From positions 192,001 through 256,000 of the forward strand of contig OZ244207.1 in NCBI GenBank assembly GCA_965216875.1: a DNA stretch of 64,000 nucleotides, in the 5' to 3' direction. Positions 49,702 to 57,825 of this stretch are shown in pieces (the first letter of the stretch is position 1; the number at the start of each line of letters is the position of its first letter). The translations under genes were made by a program, and so were the position numbers. Below the pieces are notes generated by a model. That model did no database searches. It was not told the DNA's origin and saw nothing but the letters and a program-made list of their open reading frames with translations. Source of the DNA: Rubripirellula sp. (GTDB lineage: Bacteria > Planctomycetota > Planctomycetia > Pirellulales > Pirellulaceae).

Positions 49702-50298
49702 ATGCCGAAACAACTCCCGTCTTGGGTCATCGAACAATCTCTCAACTGGCAGCTCTTCGAATGTTGCGGTGACCAAGACCTGTTTCCGTTTCGCTGTCAC
49801 CAATGCCAACACATTTACGTGCTCTGCTACGAGTGCGACACCCTATACACCGATTTGACGGATCTCTCGCAGCGCCACGCTCCTTTGTGGGACAACTATT
49901 CCTGCACAAATTGCCCCGCCAACTTCGACGACGACTTCATGCGTTCGCCACGGCATCGCATTCCATACACCGACTGGAACAACGCAAACCTGCATCAATT
50001 GCTGGTGGATTGCCCGTTTGAAGACTTGATGCGAATGCTCACAACCTTGAGCGACCAGATTGCGGATCACCTGCGCCGCGGCATGCGCAGCACGGCTGGA
50101 CGTGCGATGACCGAATACCGAAATTTGGCCGAATCAATTATGGTTCACGTGGCGGACGCGGACGATGCCCGTGCAGATGGTTACGATTTGACGGATCCCA
50201 AGGCACTTGCAAACGCGATGGCCTGGCACGACGAACTCCCCAACAAACCAAGCCGCAACTACGCGTTGCTGGGAATCACTGACAGGCTCTTCGCGTAA
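49702..50298 (+). CDS. Cassette 8: Cys-rich putative zinc-binding protein
   Basis: ECC, CHQC, CYEC and CTNC motifs. First ATG after attC7. Confidence 0.65.
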   Translation: MPKQLPSWVIEQSLNWQLFECCGDQDLFPFRCHQCQHIYVLCYECDTLYTDLTDLSQRHAPLWDNYSCTNCPANFDDDFMRSPRHRIPYTDWNNANLHQLLVDCPFEDLMRMLTTLSDQIADHLRRGMRSTAGRAMTEYRNLAESIMVHVADADDARADGYDLTDPKALANAMAWHDELPNKPSRNYALLGITDRLFA

Positions 50299-50308
50299 AA
50301 AAGACGCC

Positions 50309-50399
50309 ACAGAACCATGCGATGAACGGAAGTCGCGGAGTCGTCGTTTTTGACCAATGAAAATCGATCGCCGCGACTCGGTTCTCGCGTCCGTTCCGC
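50309..50399 (+). other. attC-like site 8
   Basis: ACAGAAC cat GCGATGAACGGAAGTCGCGG...CCGCGACTCGGTTCTCGC gtcc GTTCCGC. Confidence 0.88.
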
Positions 50400-50426
50400 T
50401 TGTTATTAGACGATCCAACTCTGCCA

Positions 50427-50711
50427 ATGTCGATGAAAGCAGCATCCACACATCTGACCGCTGGAGTTTTTCTGACTCTGCTGACGGGTTGCGCGTTGTT
50501 CAGCGAACCTAAAATGGAATTCCCGCGTGGAAGCCCCATTTCGCACGATCAGATCCCTGAGGCGTTACGACTGAAGCTTGACCTTCCACTTAATGCATCG
50601 GTGGAACGATTCGGCGATGACCCGGATACGGCGTCGTATAGGATTGAGCAGCCTAATGGCAGTGTCCGATACATCGGATCAAATGGAGAGCCTCAAGGCG
50701 GTATCATGTAG
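50427..50711 (+). CDS. Cassette 9: small lipoprotein
   Basis: Lipobox LLTGC. Start 50427 or 50433. Confidence 0.65.
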   Translation: MSMKAASTHLTAGVFLTLLTGCALFSEPKMEFPRGSPISHDQIPEALRLKLDLPLNASVERFGDDPDTASYRIEQPNGSVRYIGSNGEPQGGIM

Positions 50712-50718
50712 AGGGAAG

Positions 50719-50809
50719 GCGGAACCATGCGATGAACCGAAGTCGCGGGGTCACCGTTTTGGACAATGGAAAATCAATCGCCGCGACTCGGTTATCGCGA
50801 CCGTTCTGT
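50719..50809 (+). other. attC-like site 9
   Basis: GCGGAAC cat GCGATgAACCGAaGTCGCGG...CCGCGACTCGGTTATCGC gacc GTTCTGT, with two unpaired extra bases in the left arm. Confidence 0.9.
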
Positions 50810-50836
50810 TGCAAGAGCTAATGAAACCAAACTGAC

Positions 50837-51187
50837 ATGATTCGACCCGATGACTTTGAGATTGAAATTGGCCACAACGATCGAGGCACATTCGTTCGCG
50901 TAAAACACAAGCCAACCAACAACGAACGTCTTCAGGAATCTGTACCGGAAAATGAGATTGGGCGTCGTCGCGAATCAATGATCACCGAACTCCGCGGGCT
51001 ATTGTTCGGACCCAAGGATGTCGTTTTCGACACGGGAAGATCTGTAGGCGGTGACTTCATTCGTGTTCGCCACTTGCCGACGGGAATGGAGCGTTCCGCT
51101 ATGCGTCGCGAAAGCACGCACGAAAATCTGCTGGATGCTGTGCTCGAGGACGTGTATTCGGATAGGCTCCGAGAGGATGCAACCTAA
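50837..51187 (+). CDS. Cassette 10: small protein with two release-factor-like VRxxHxPT repeats
   Basis: FVRVKHKPT and FIRVRHLPTG, no GGQ. Confidence 0.6.
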   Translation: MIRPDDFEIEIGHNDRGTFVRVKHKPTNNERLQESVPENEIGRRRESMITELRGLLFGPKDVVFDTGRSVGGDFIRVRHLPTGMERSAMRRESTHENLLDAVLEDVYSDRLREDAT

Positions 51188-51228
51188 CTGGCGTTGCCCT
51201 TTAGCCGGCCACCGCCAACGAAGAAGCA

Positions 51229-51255
51229 ACAGAATCATGACATGAACCGAAGCGG
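51229..51255 (+). other. attC-like site 10 (left half only, disrupted)
   Basis: GCAACAGAAT catgacATGAACCGAAGCGG runs straight into the dispersed repeat. Its core matches the GTTCTGTTGC ending attC9. Confidence 0.7.
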
Positions 51256-51437
51256 CCGGGCCCTATCCACTTTTTGTGTCTTCTTGCGTTTTTCGTGGCT
51301 CATCATCCCAAAAGAATCTCAGCACGAGTGCTCGCGCAACAGTTCGCCATTTGTCCAATTCGATCGATTCGTGGTTCGTCTTTGTCGCCTGGATGAGGCA
51401 GCCACAAGAAACACGAAAAGGCACAACAAGTTCAGCG
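51250..51437 (+). repeat. Dispersed repeat, copy 2, with imperfect inverted repeats (MITE/REP-like)
   Basis: Homologous to 44958-45094; TTGTGTCTTCTTGCGTTTTTCGTGGCT ... AGCCACAAGAAACACGAAAAGGCACAA. Confidence 0.8.
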
Positions 51438-51469
51438 ATTGCCGATTGCTGCCCAAGGGAGTTCCCCCG

Positions 51470-51560
51470 CGACAACCATGTGATGTTGACGGAGCGGCGG
51501 TGGTCGCCGCTCACAAATGGAAAACAAATCACCGCCGCACGCACATCGCTACCGTTCGCC
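51470..51560 (+). other. attC-like site 11
   Basis: CGACAAC cat GTGATGT...GCGGCGGTG...CACCGCCGC...ACATCGC tacc GTTCGCC. Confidence 0.85.
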
Positions 51561-51578
51561 GAAGATGCAAATAGCACT

Positions 51579-52028
51579 ATGACGGATCACGAAATCGATA
51601 AACTTATCACTGAATTTCAGACGAAGCATCCCTCGATCATGGATGGGGCTCACGTCCGACGAGATCCCGTACATACCATTGAGCGTCTTGCCGAAATCGA
51701 GCGGGAGCACGGGGTCGTACTTCCAGCGCAATACAAACGCCATCTGTGCAAGCACGGCGCCGGAGATTTCGGGCACACGTGGATCTACGCTCCCGAAGGC
51801 AAAGAGGGGGCGGGGTTGTGGGAGGATTACTACTACATGCCTCAGCACAAGGGACGCTTCCTACCAATTTCCGATAACGGCTGCGGCGATCACTACGGAT
51901 TTCGCATTGTCGATAATGTCTGCGCGGACTTCATCTGCTTTGCCGACCACGAACAGGATTACGAGTTGTCCGATGCTGTCTATCCAGACTTCAATACGTT
52001 TATCGCAGAGGTTGGGCTATCCAGCTGA
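51579..52028 (+). CDS. Cassette 12: SMI1/KNR4 (SUKH) family immunity-like protein
   Basis: IERLAEIEREHGVVLPAQYKRHL...G, FLPISDNGCGDHYGF, DHE, DFNTFI. Confidence 0.82.
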   Translation: MTDHEIDKLITEFQTKHPSIMDGAHVRRDPVHTIERLAEIEREHGVVLPAQYKRHLCKHGAGDFGHTWIYAPEGKEGAGLWEDYYYMPQHKGRFLPISDNGCGDHYGFRIVDNVCADFICFADHEQDYELSDAVYPDFNTFIAEVGLSS

Positions 52029-52045
52029 TTTGCGATTCACACAAC

Positions 52046-52140
52046 GGACAACAACGCGTTGCACCAGAGTAAGGGCGTCTGACATAATCGAGATTCCGGT
52101 CGCAATGAACTCCCTTGCCCGGTGAACGCCATCGTTATCC
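52046..52140 (+). other. attC-like site 12
   Basis: GGACAAC aac GCGTTGCACC...AAGGG...CCCTT...GGTGAACGC catc GTTATCC. Confidence 0.82.
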
Positions 52141-52170
52141 GAACTCGCAACCAGGCCGACTGATCCGTAC

Positions 52171-52584
52171 ATGTTTGAATTTCACGGCTGGGCGTCAATT
52201 CACTATCACGTCTACGAGATTGATGAGCGGAAGCAGGATTCGCTTTGGCGTGATTTGACCGACTACGTCGCTTCAAACTGCTCACGTTTCGCGACACTCA
52301 CGCGCTACAACGGATGCGATTCGTGTCACACCGCTGGTCAGCGCAACCATCGCACCTCCCACCCCTTTGAGCTGTTTGAGTGGATTGCACTTCACGCACC
52401 CGGTTCATACGGACTGCTCTATGTTCGCGACGATGAGGATGACATGCGTGGCTCGGACTTCACCAATTGCTTTCGGGCGTGGCGACTCTGCAGAGGGATA
52501 TTTGCTGAACTCGACGATCCCTTTCTCTCACCTGCGATACCCGTCGTGGAAGACCCCACCGATCTCGATCGTGACGATTTTTGA
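52171..52584 (+). CDS. Cassette 13: Imm7-like polymorphic-toxin immunity protein
   Basis: MFEFHGWASI...G.RNH...APGSYGLLYVRDDED...DPFLSPAIPVVED. Confidence 0.78.
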   Translation: MFEFHGWASIHYHVYEIDERKQDSLWRDLTDYVASNCSRFATLTRYNGCDSCHTAGQRNHRTSHPFELFEWIALHAPGSYGLLYVRDDEDDMRGSDFTNCFRAWRLCRGIFAELDDPFLSPAIPVVEDPTDLDRDDF

Positions 52585-52587
52585 TTC

Positions 52588-52678
52588 GGATCACCATCCA
52601 ATGCACCCGAGCGGCGAAGTCGGGCATTTTGACAATGGACATTGACTCGTCGCCGCCGGGTGATTGTTGCCGTTCGCC
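52588..52678 (+). other. attC-like site 13
   Basis: GGATCAC catc CAATGCACCCGAGCGGCGA...TCGCCGCCGGGTGATTG ttgcc GTTCGCC. Confidence 0.85.
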
Positions 52679-52731
52679 GACTTACCGAGTGATGGCAACC
52701 TCTCGATTCAACTGCAACTCCTTCTGAACCA

Positions 52732-53094
52732 ATGCCGGACGATGTGATTGCGACCATCAAGCGTTTCATCACTGACTACCGCCGCGGTAGCCATACGAGC
52801 TTGGAACTTGTTGATGTCACCTTCCAAACGCTCGTCGACAACGATGCATCCGACGAGCTCGTCAATGAGGTTCTGTTTCTGATGCCTGATAGCGTGATTT
52901 CCGCGTTCGAACAACGGATGGGCGAGATGGTGGAAACTGCGTTCTTTATTCCAAACAAACGCCTCGGTGACCACCGATCGGACGACGAAGTCCGTCGTGA
53001 TGCTTTCGCGCGTCAACCGATACTCCGGCGAATTCATCACGCATTCTTACGTCCGTTACTGCTACGTCGTTATCGTCTCGAACATGGATGGTGA
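52732..53094 (+). CDS. Cassette 14: hypothetical protein
   Basis: 120-aa ORF between attC13 and attC14. Confidence 0.55.
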   Translation: MPDDVIATIKRFITDYRRGSHTSLELVDVTFQTLVDNDASDELVNEVLFLMPDSVISAFEQRMGEMVETAFFIPNKRLGDHRSDDEVRRDAFARQPILRRIHHAFLRPLLLRRYRLEHGW

Positions 53095-53174
53095 CCTGGC
53101 AACATTTGCCGTGGCTGTGGCACACCGATACGATGGAAAGTGTTGAGCAATGGAAGACCAACCCCGCTGCAGGC

Positions 53175-53263
53175 GGCGAATCATCGCGTGCACACGAAGG
53201 CCTGTTGGTTCGTTTGCTCAAATGGAAAGTCAACTCACGAGCCTCGGTGACGGGGCGTTCATC
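53175..53263 (+). other. attC-like site 14
   Basis: GGCGAAT catcg CGTGCAC.CGAAGGC...GCCTCGGTGACG gggc GTTCATC. Confidence 0.8.
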
Positions 53264-53278
53264 GAATGAGAACAGGCC

Positions 53279-53857
53279 TTGGCAGATGCAATAGAAAATC
53301 GATTCAGGCCGCGTTACAGCTTGCTTCTGTTTTGCCTTGTCTGTTTACTGATCTCAATGCTTGTCGCCTACACTGGAGTCTTGAGGCAGATCACTCCTCC
53401 GGCACATGAATTTGTTGGCTTTCCAGCCGATGCGCCACGCCAAGACGGTTTCATCGCTCCGGGACAGCTAACGCATGTTGTCAAGCAAGATGTTTTCGCT
53501 CCAAATGGATTTGATGTGCGTCTGACAGTTCGCATTCAGCTGAACCATGATCGCGTTTTTTCACATTCCATCGACGGATGCCTAATGGAAATCGAGCATG
53601 TCAGCTATAGCCTTTACGACAGCCTGTCGGTCGGTGATCCGACGTTCGTGGAGGAGTTTGTCGCGGGTGAGCTCACGCGATTCAATGGCACGTCGGCTGT
53701 CCGATCCGTTGAGCTGTTAGACTTTAAGACACTTCCAGCACCGGGAACGAACTCCGGTGGCTCGGCAAACTCCATGGTCATCGATGAACCATCCGATGCA
53801 CCGAAGGACCGAACGTCGCGTTCTGAAGATGGAAAATCAATCGCCGGTCCTCGGTGA
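53279..53857 (+). CDS. Cassette 15: membrane-anchored hypothetical protein
   Basis: RFRPRYSLLLFCLVCLLISMLVAY N-terminal anchor. ORF reads through most of attC15. Confidence 0.6.
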   Translation: MADAIENRFRPRYSLLLFCLVCLLISMLVAYTGVLRQITPPAHEFVGFPADAPRQDGFIAPGQLTHVVKQDVFAPNGFDVRLTVRIQLNHDRVFSHSIDGCLMEIEHVSYSLYDSLSVGDPTFVEEFVAGELTRFNGTSAVRSVELLDFKTLPAPGTNSGGSANSMVIDEPSDAPKDRTSRSEDGKSIAGPR

Positions 53858-53872
53858 TCGCGTGCGTTACCC
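53783..53872 (+). other. attC-like site 15
   Basis: GATGAAC catc CGATGCACCGAAGGACCG...CGGTCCTCGGTGATCG cgtgc GTTACCC. Confidence 0.88.
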
Positions 53873-53883
53873 ATGGTGAGATT

Positions 53884-54207
53884 TTGTTGAGACTCTTGAT
53901 TCTTCTTGCAGTTCCGCTTTGTGTGTTGGGGTGTACGACGGTCAGATCCCCCAAATTCAAGGTTGATACTCGCGACGAGATGCATCATGCAATCGTTGAT
54001 GCGATACCTACGGGGACCTCAGTCAAGCATGCGACGGAAATCATGGAATCCGCTGGTTTTGACTGCGTTTTCATCGAGTCAGGAAGTTTTTCTGAGGACG
54101 CAGGGATCATTGGCGATGAACGCGACTACCCATTCGTAAAAGACGCACGATTTCTTAAGTGCACGCGCATAGACAGCACAGGAATGTTGACGTCAAATAG
54201 TTGGTGA
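53884..54207 (+). CDS. Cassette 16: lipoprotein, probably 3'-truncated (no attC follows)
   Basis: LLRLLILLAVPLCVLGC lipobox. Ends 46 bp before the convergent gene with no attC. Confidence 0.55.
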   Translation: MLRLLILLAVPLCVLGCTTVRSPKFKVDTRDEMHHAIVDAIPTGTSVKHATEIMESAGFDCVFIESGSFSEDAGIIGDERDYPFVKDARFLKCTRIDSTGMLTSNSW

Positions 54208-54253
54208 GCGTAGCTGGCTACGGGAGGAGGTTTGGTGCGTGCAAGCACACACC

Positions 54254-55234
54254 CTACTTTCTGATGACGGGGGCCAGGTAGATATCTCGGTACTTCACGT
54301 TCGTGTGATCACCTTGCAGATGAATGGGCCCTGGTTGGGTTGGGTCGGTGAAGACGGCACCACCGGTTGGCCCAGGAACCGGTTGATTGTCGATCACTTT
54401 TTCGCCGTTTAAGACAACGGTGACGTGGCGATCAACCAGCGTCAAATCGTAGGTCTGCCACTGCCCGCCTGCGCGGCCTGCATTTTTCGACGGTGGGATG
54501 CTGCCGAAAATCGCGCCGACCCCTTGGATGCCCTGCATCCGACTGTCGCGATCAACCACTTGCGCTTCATACATGCCGCGTAGGTAGACGCCACTGTTGC
54601 GATCTTTTTCGACCAGGAATTCGATGTGCAACCAGAAGTCTTCAAAGACCGCTTCGGTGCGAAGATTCGCGTACGCGCCGGTCGCGCTGAAGTCGGTCTT
54701 GGGTGTCGTGTTCACAAGCTGGCCGTCTTTCACGCTCCAGCCGTTGATCTTATCGGACTCGTGCGGCCGCCAGCCTGTCAGGTCTTTGCCGTTGAAAAGC
54801 GAAATGGGATGCCCGAACCGAACCTTCGATAGATCGGGAGGTGTTGACGGCATCGGTGGGATCTTTTTTCCCTTCAGCCGATCCCGTTTCACCGTTCCAT
54901 CTGGCGAAACCGCTTTGATTTCTCCGACGAGTGCTCCATCGACAAGCATCACTTGTACTGTTTTGGTGTCTTTCTGCTTTCGGTTTTGGCGAAGCGTGAA
55001 GGACAACTGTCCTTGCGAATGCTTGACGTCTTGATGAGGTCCGTCGGGCCCGACGTGCAATCGCATTTTGACAACCGGGGCGCCATCGGATTCCGTGATG
55101 CTTAACCATGCTGGCGTGCCCGATTCCAAAGTGATAGACCAATCGCCAATCAGGTCGTCTGCCGATGCGGACAGTCCGAACGAACAAGCAAGCAGGACGC
55201 AACCAAGGACGTTTCGAATGGGCAAGTGATTCAT
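54254..55234 (-). CDS. DUF1080 (3-keto-disaccharide hydrolase-like) protein
   Basis: SLFNGKDLTGW, NSGVYLRGMYEAQV, WQTYDL, LQGDH. Confidence 0.9.
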   Translation of the reverse strand: MNHLPIRNVLGCVLLACSFGLSASADDLIGDWSITLESGTPAWLSITESDGAPVVKMRLHVGPDGPHQDVKHSQGQLSFTLRQNRKQKDTKTVQVMLVDGALVGEIKAVSPDGTVKRDRLKGKKIPPMPSTPPDLSKVRFGHPISLFNGKDLTGWRPHESDKINGWSVKDGQLVNTTPKTDFSATGAYANLRTEAVFEDFWLHIEFLVEKDRNSGVYLRGMYEAQVVDRDSRMQGIQGVGAIFGSIPPSKNAGRAGGQWQTYDLTLVDRHVTVVLNGEKVIDNQPVPGPTGGAVFTDPTQPGPIHLQGDHTNVKYRDIYLAPVIRK

Positions 55235-55339
55235 GGTGTGGTGGCTTTTTGAGAAACGCAAACTCGATGACGACCAAACCCCGGCTACATCATCATGGCT
55301 CGCACGAGGGCAAGCAAGCTGTTACTGAGATCAAGGCCA

Positions 55340-56128
55340 TCATTTCCCACGCAGCGCGAGCGTCACCAAAATGGGACGATGGTCTGATGCAACTTTTTCT
55401 TCGAGCACTTGTACGTTCTTGACCATCCAACGATTCGCGGGTCGGAAGAGTACAAAGTCGATTTGAAGGTTCGGCTGCTGTGACGGGTAGGTCGGCATTT
55501 CTTCGTCACCGGCAATCGACCACTGCTTTGAAAGCTCCAAGAGGGTGTCGCTTGACCGAGTGTCGTTCAAGTCGCCAGCCAGGATTGCGAGCGACGAATC
55601 GCTGTTGATCCATTGGTTGATCTCGACTGCCGAAGCAATCCGCTCGCGATCGTTGCTGCGGTGATCAAAGTGTGTCGCCATGAATTGGAGTGGTTCGCTA
55701 CCAACCAAACCATTGATCGTTGCATCAATCACTCCTCGCTGCTCGCCATTGTCGAAGCTTGGAAGCATGCGGTTCTCGGATGCAGTGATTGGCAATCGCG
55801 ACAGCAAGGCGTTGCCGTAGTGGCCGCCTTGGAGCGGGATGTTTGCACCATAGACCGACGACATGCCAGTCAACTCGGCAAGCATGCGTGGCTGGTCCAC
55901 GTTGCCACTGCGTTTGACTTTGTTGTCGACTTCCTGCAAGGCGACCAAGTCGGGCTTGGCCGCACGAATCACCTTTGCCAACCGCTCGAGATCGAGCTTG
56001 CCATCGACGCCACGTCCGTGATGCAAGTTGTAGGAAAGCACTCGGATCTCAAACGCGTGATGGCCGAATGTGAGCGAACCCAGGCAACAACACAGAAGAA
56101 AAACACTGATTCGAATCACCTTCATCAT
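55340..56128 (-). CDS. Endonuclease/exonuclease/phosphatase family protein
   Basis: SYNLHHG, DLVALQEVD, GNALLSR, AGDLN, IDFV, SDHRP. Confidence 0.92.
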   Translation of the reverse strand: MMKVIRISVFLLCCCLGSLTFGHHAFEIRVLSYNLHHGRGVDGKLDLERLAKVIRAAKPDLVALQEVDNKVKRSGNVDQPRMLAELTGMSSVYGANIPLQGGHYGNALLSRLPITASENRMLPSFDNGEQRGVIDATINGLVGSEPLQFMATHFDHRSNDRERIASAVEINQWINSDSSLAILAGDLNDTRSSDTLLELSKQWSIAGDEEMPTYPSQQPNLQIDFVLFRPANRWMVKNVQVLEEKVASDHRPILVTLALRGK

Positions 56129-56137
56129 GTCACTCCA

Positions 56138-57670
56138 CTAGTATTTCCCATTGGTCCCGAACATCTCTTCCTTTGATTTCCGCGGGCGAACACGCACCGA
56201 GTGGTCGGGTTCGCCGGTCACGCGATCAAATTCATCCGGAGTGCGGCGACTCGGCAAATAATCACCCGTCTCTTCAGTCCATTGAGCCAAAGCCGCCTTC
56301 AAGCGTTCGGCAACCGATGCGTAGGCGGGATCGTCAATGAGGTTGGTCAATTCGCCGGGATCGCGATTGAGATCAAACAGTTCCCACTGGGCACGTGGCG
56401 CGATGAAGCAGGTTTGTTGTTGCGCGGGGAGTTCGCCGGCATCGTAGAGCTTTAGCATTTTCTGCCAACTGAGCCCACGTCCCGCATCGGCCGACGGCGT
56501 TGGCGGTAGATCGACATAATCATTGCGGATCAGTTTGTATTGCTGAGTGACGACGGCTCGCGCATGGTCCTCGTAGTCGTGCCAATGATCTTCGCCAAAG
56601 GCGAACTCGCGGTGTGAACGTCGTGAATCGCCCAGCACGCTGGCGAAACTCTTCCCTTCGGTGGCAAGACTAAGCGTGCCTCGAGAGGCGACGTCAAGAA
56701 ACGTTGCTGCAAGGTCGACGGAGCTGACGAGTGCATCGGTTGTCTGTCCTGCGTCAACGTGGTCGGGCCAGCGGACGATCCAGGGTGTGCGGATGCCACC
56801 GTCGTAAAGTGATGTCTTGTCTCGCGGGAAAGGACGCCCATTGTCGCTGATGAACAGGACGAGCGTGTTCTTATCGACGCCCTGTTTTTTGAGGACGTTG
56901 ATCACTTTGCCCACGTATTGGTCGAGCCGTCCAATTTCGTCGTAATAAAGACGCAGGTCTTCGCGCACTTCAGGAGTGTCGGGAAGGTGCGCCGGAACGA
57001 TCACGTCGTCGTGGGTGTGAGGCGGATCGAGTGCGCCTTCACTGTACTCGCGGTGCGGATCGAGCGCTGCGAGCCACATGAAGAACGGTTTGTCCATTGG
57101 CCGCTGCTCGAGTGCTCGTTCCCAGTCTTCGCAGCCGCTCGGTTGGGTCGCGATCATCTTGGCCGGTTGTCCATCCTTGCCTGATGGCAACACGAAACCG
57201 GCTGTCGACGCTTCGTAGATCTTGTCGAAGTGATCGCGGACATGATTGCCGAGATGCCATTTGCCAGCCGCAGCGGTGTAGTAGCCCGCTTGCTGCAATG
57301 CTTTGGCAAAGGTTGGGCTTCCCGCGGGCAACGGCCAGTGCAATTGTTCGGCGCCCGTATTGTGCGGGTACTTTCCTGTCAGGATGCTCGACCGCGAGGG
57401 ACTGCATGAGTTGGTCGTCAGGTATGCGTGGCGAAACAGCATTCCGTCGGCCGCGAGCTGGTCGATGTTCGGCGTTCGGATCGCAGGATGACCATAGGCA
57501 CCACAGTCATCCCAATTCATGTCGTCCGCGATCATCAACACAATGTTTGGCGGTTCGTCGGCAACCGTTTGGTTACCGAGGAGGACCATCGAACAGAGGA
57601 AACCGAAGACGCAAAAAGCTCTTGTCATCACTTGCCAACCCATCGCGGACGTATTCTCGTTACTTGTCAT
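56138..57670 (-). CDS. S1 sulfatase (N-sulfoglucosamine sulfohydrolase-like)
   Basis: ADDM, CSPSRSSILTG, GKWHL, DPHR, SDNG. Start 57670 or 57628. Confidence 0.92.
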   Translation of the reverse strand: MTSNENTSAMGWQVMTRAFCVFGFLCSMVLLGNQTVADEPPNIVLMIADDMNWDDCGAYGHPAIRTPNIDQLAADGMLFRHAYLTTNSCSPSRSSILTGKYPHNTGAEQLHWPLPAGSPTFAKALQQAGYYTAAAGKWHLGNHVRDHFDKIYEASTAGFVLPSGKDGQPAKMIATQPSGCEDWERALEQRPMDKPFFMWLAALDPHREYSEGALDPPHTHDDVIVPAHLPDTPEVREDLRLYYDEIGRLDQYVGKVINVLKKQGVDKNTLVLFISDNGRPFPRDKTSLYDGGIRTPWIVRWPDHVDAGQTTDALVSSVDLAATFLDVASRGTLSLATEGKSFASVLGDSRRSHREFAFGEDHWHDYEDHARAVVTQQYKLIRNDYVDLPPTPSADAGRGLSWQKMLKLYDAGELPAQQQTCFIAPRAQWELFDLNRDPGELTNLIDDPAYASVAERLKAALAQWTEETGDYLPSRRTPDEFDRVTGEPDHSVRVRPRKSKEEMFGTNGKY

Positions 57671-57825
57671 CAAAGAGTGATTCACCTGTCGCGGCTGGAA
57701 CACTGACGAGCTGCAACACATCTTATTTGCCGACTGTGTTCAACCTGCCTCGATTTCAGCCGCACTGGGTAATGTCTGGCGTCAACGCCGGGCTATGTCT
57801 GGCGTCAACGGCAATGCCTTGGCCG

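Larger units (their letters stand above)
45359..54207 (+). mobile_element. Integron-type gene cassette array (16 cassette positions, 15 attC-like sites), no integrase in window
   Basis: Short co-oriented ORFs, each followed by an ~90-bp imperfect palindrome bounded by ...AAC and GTT..., with chained core complementarity. Confidence 0.92.

Noticed and set aside
46024..51578. Long N-terminal extensions of ORFs 46024, 47698, 49552 and 51276
   Set aside because: They read through attC or repeat DNA. Starts just after each GTT core give coherent proteins.
53092..53180. TGA read-through (selenocysteine) in cassette 14; the frame continues PGNICRGCGTPI
   Set aside because: No SECIS-like hairpin or homolog evidence is visible. 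It could be a nonsense mutation or chance.
53279..53857. FliL assignment for cassette 15
   Set aside because: Only a vague C-terminal resemblance, not enough to name it.
45985..53872. Intergenic hairpins as Rho-independent terminators
   Set aside because: They are too long, lack U tails, and show AAC/GTT cores with cross-cassette complementarity.
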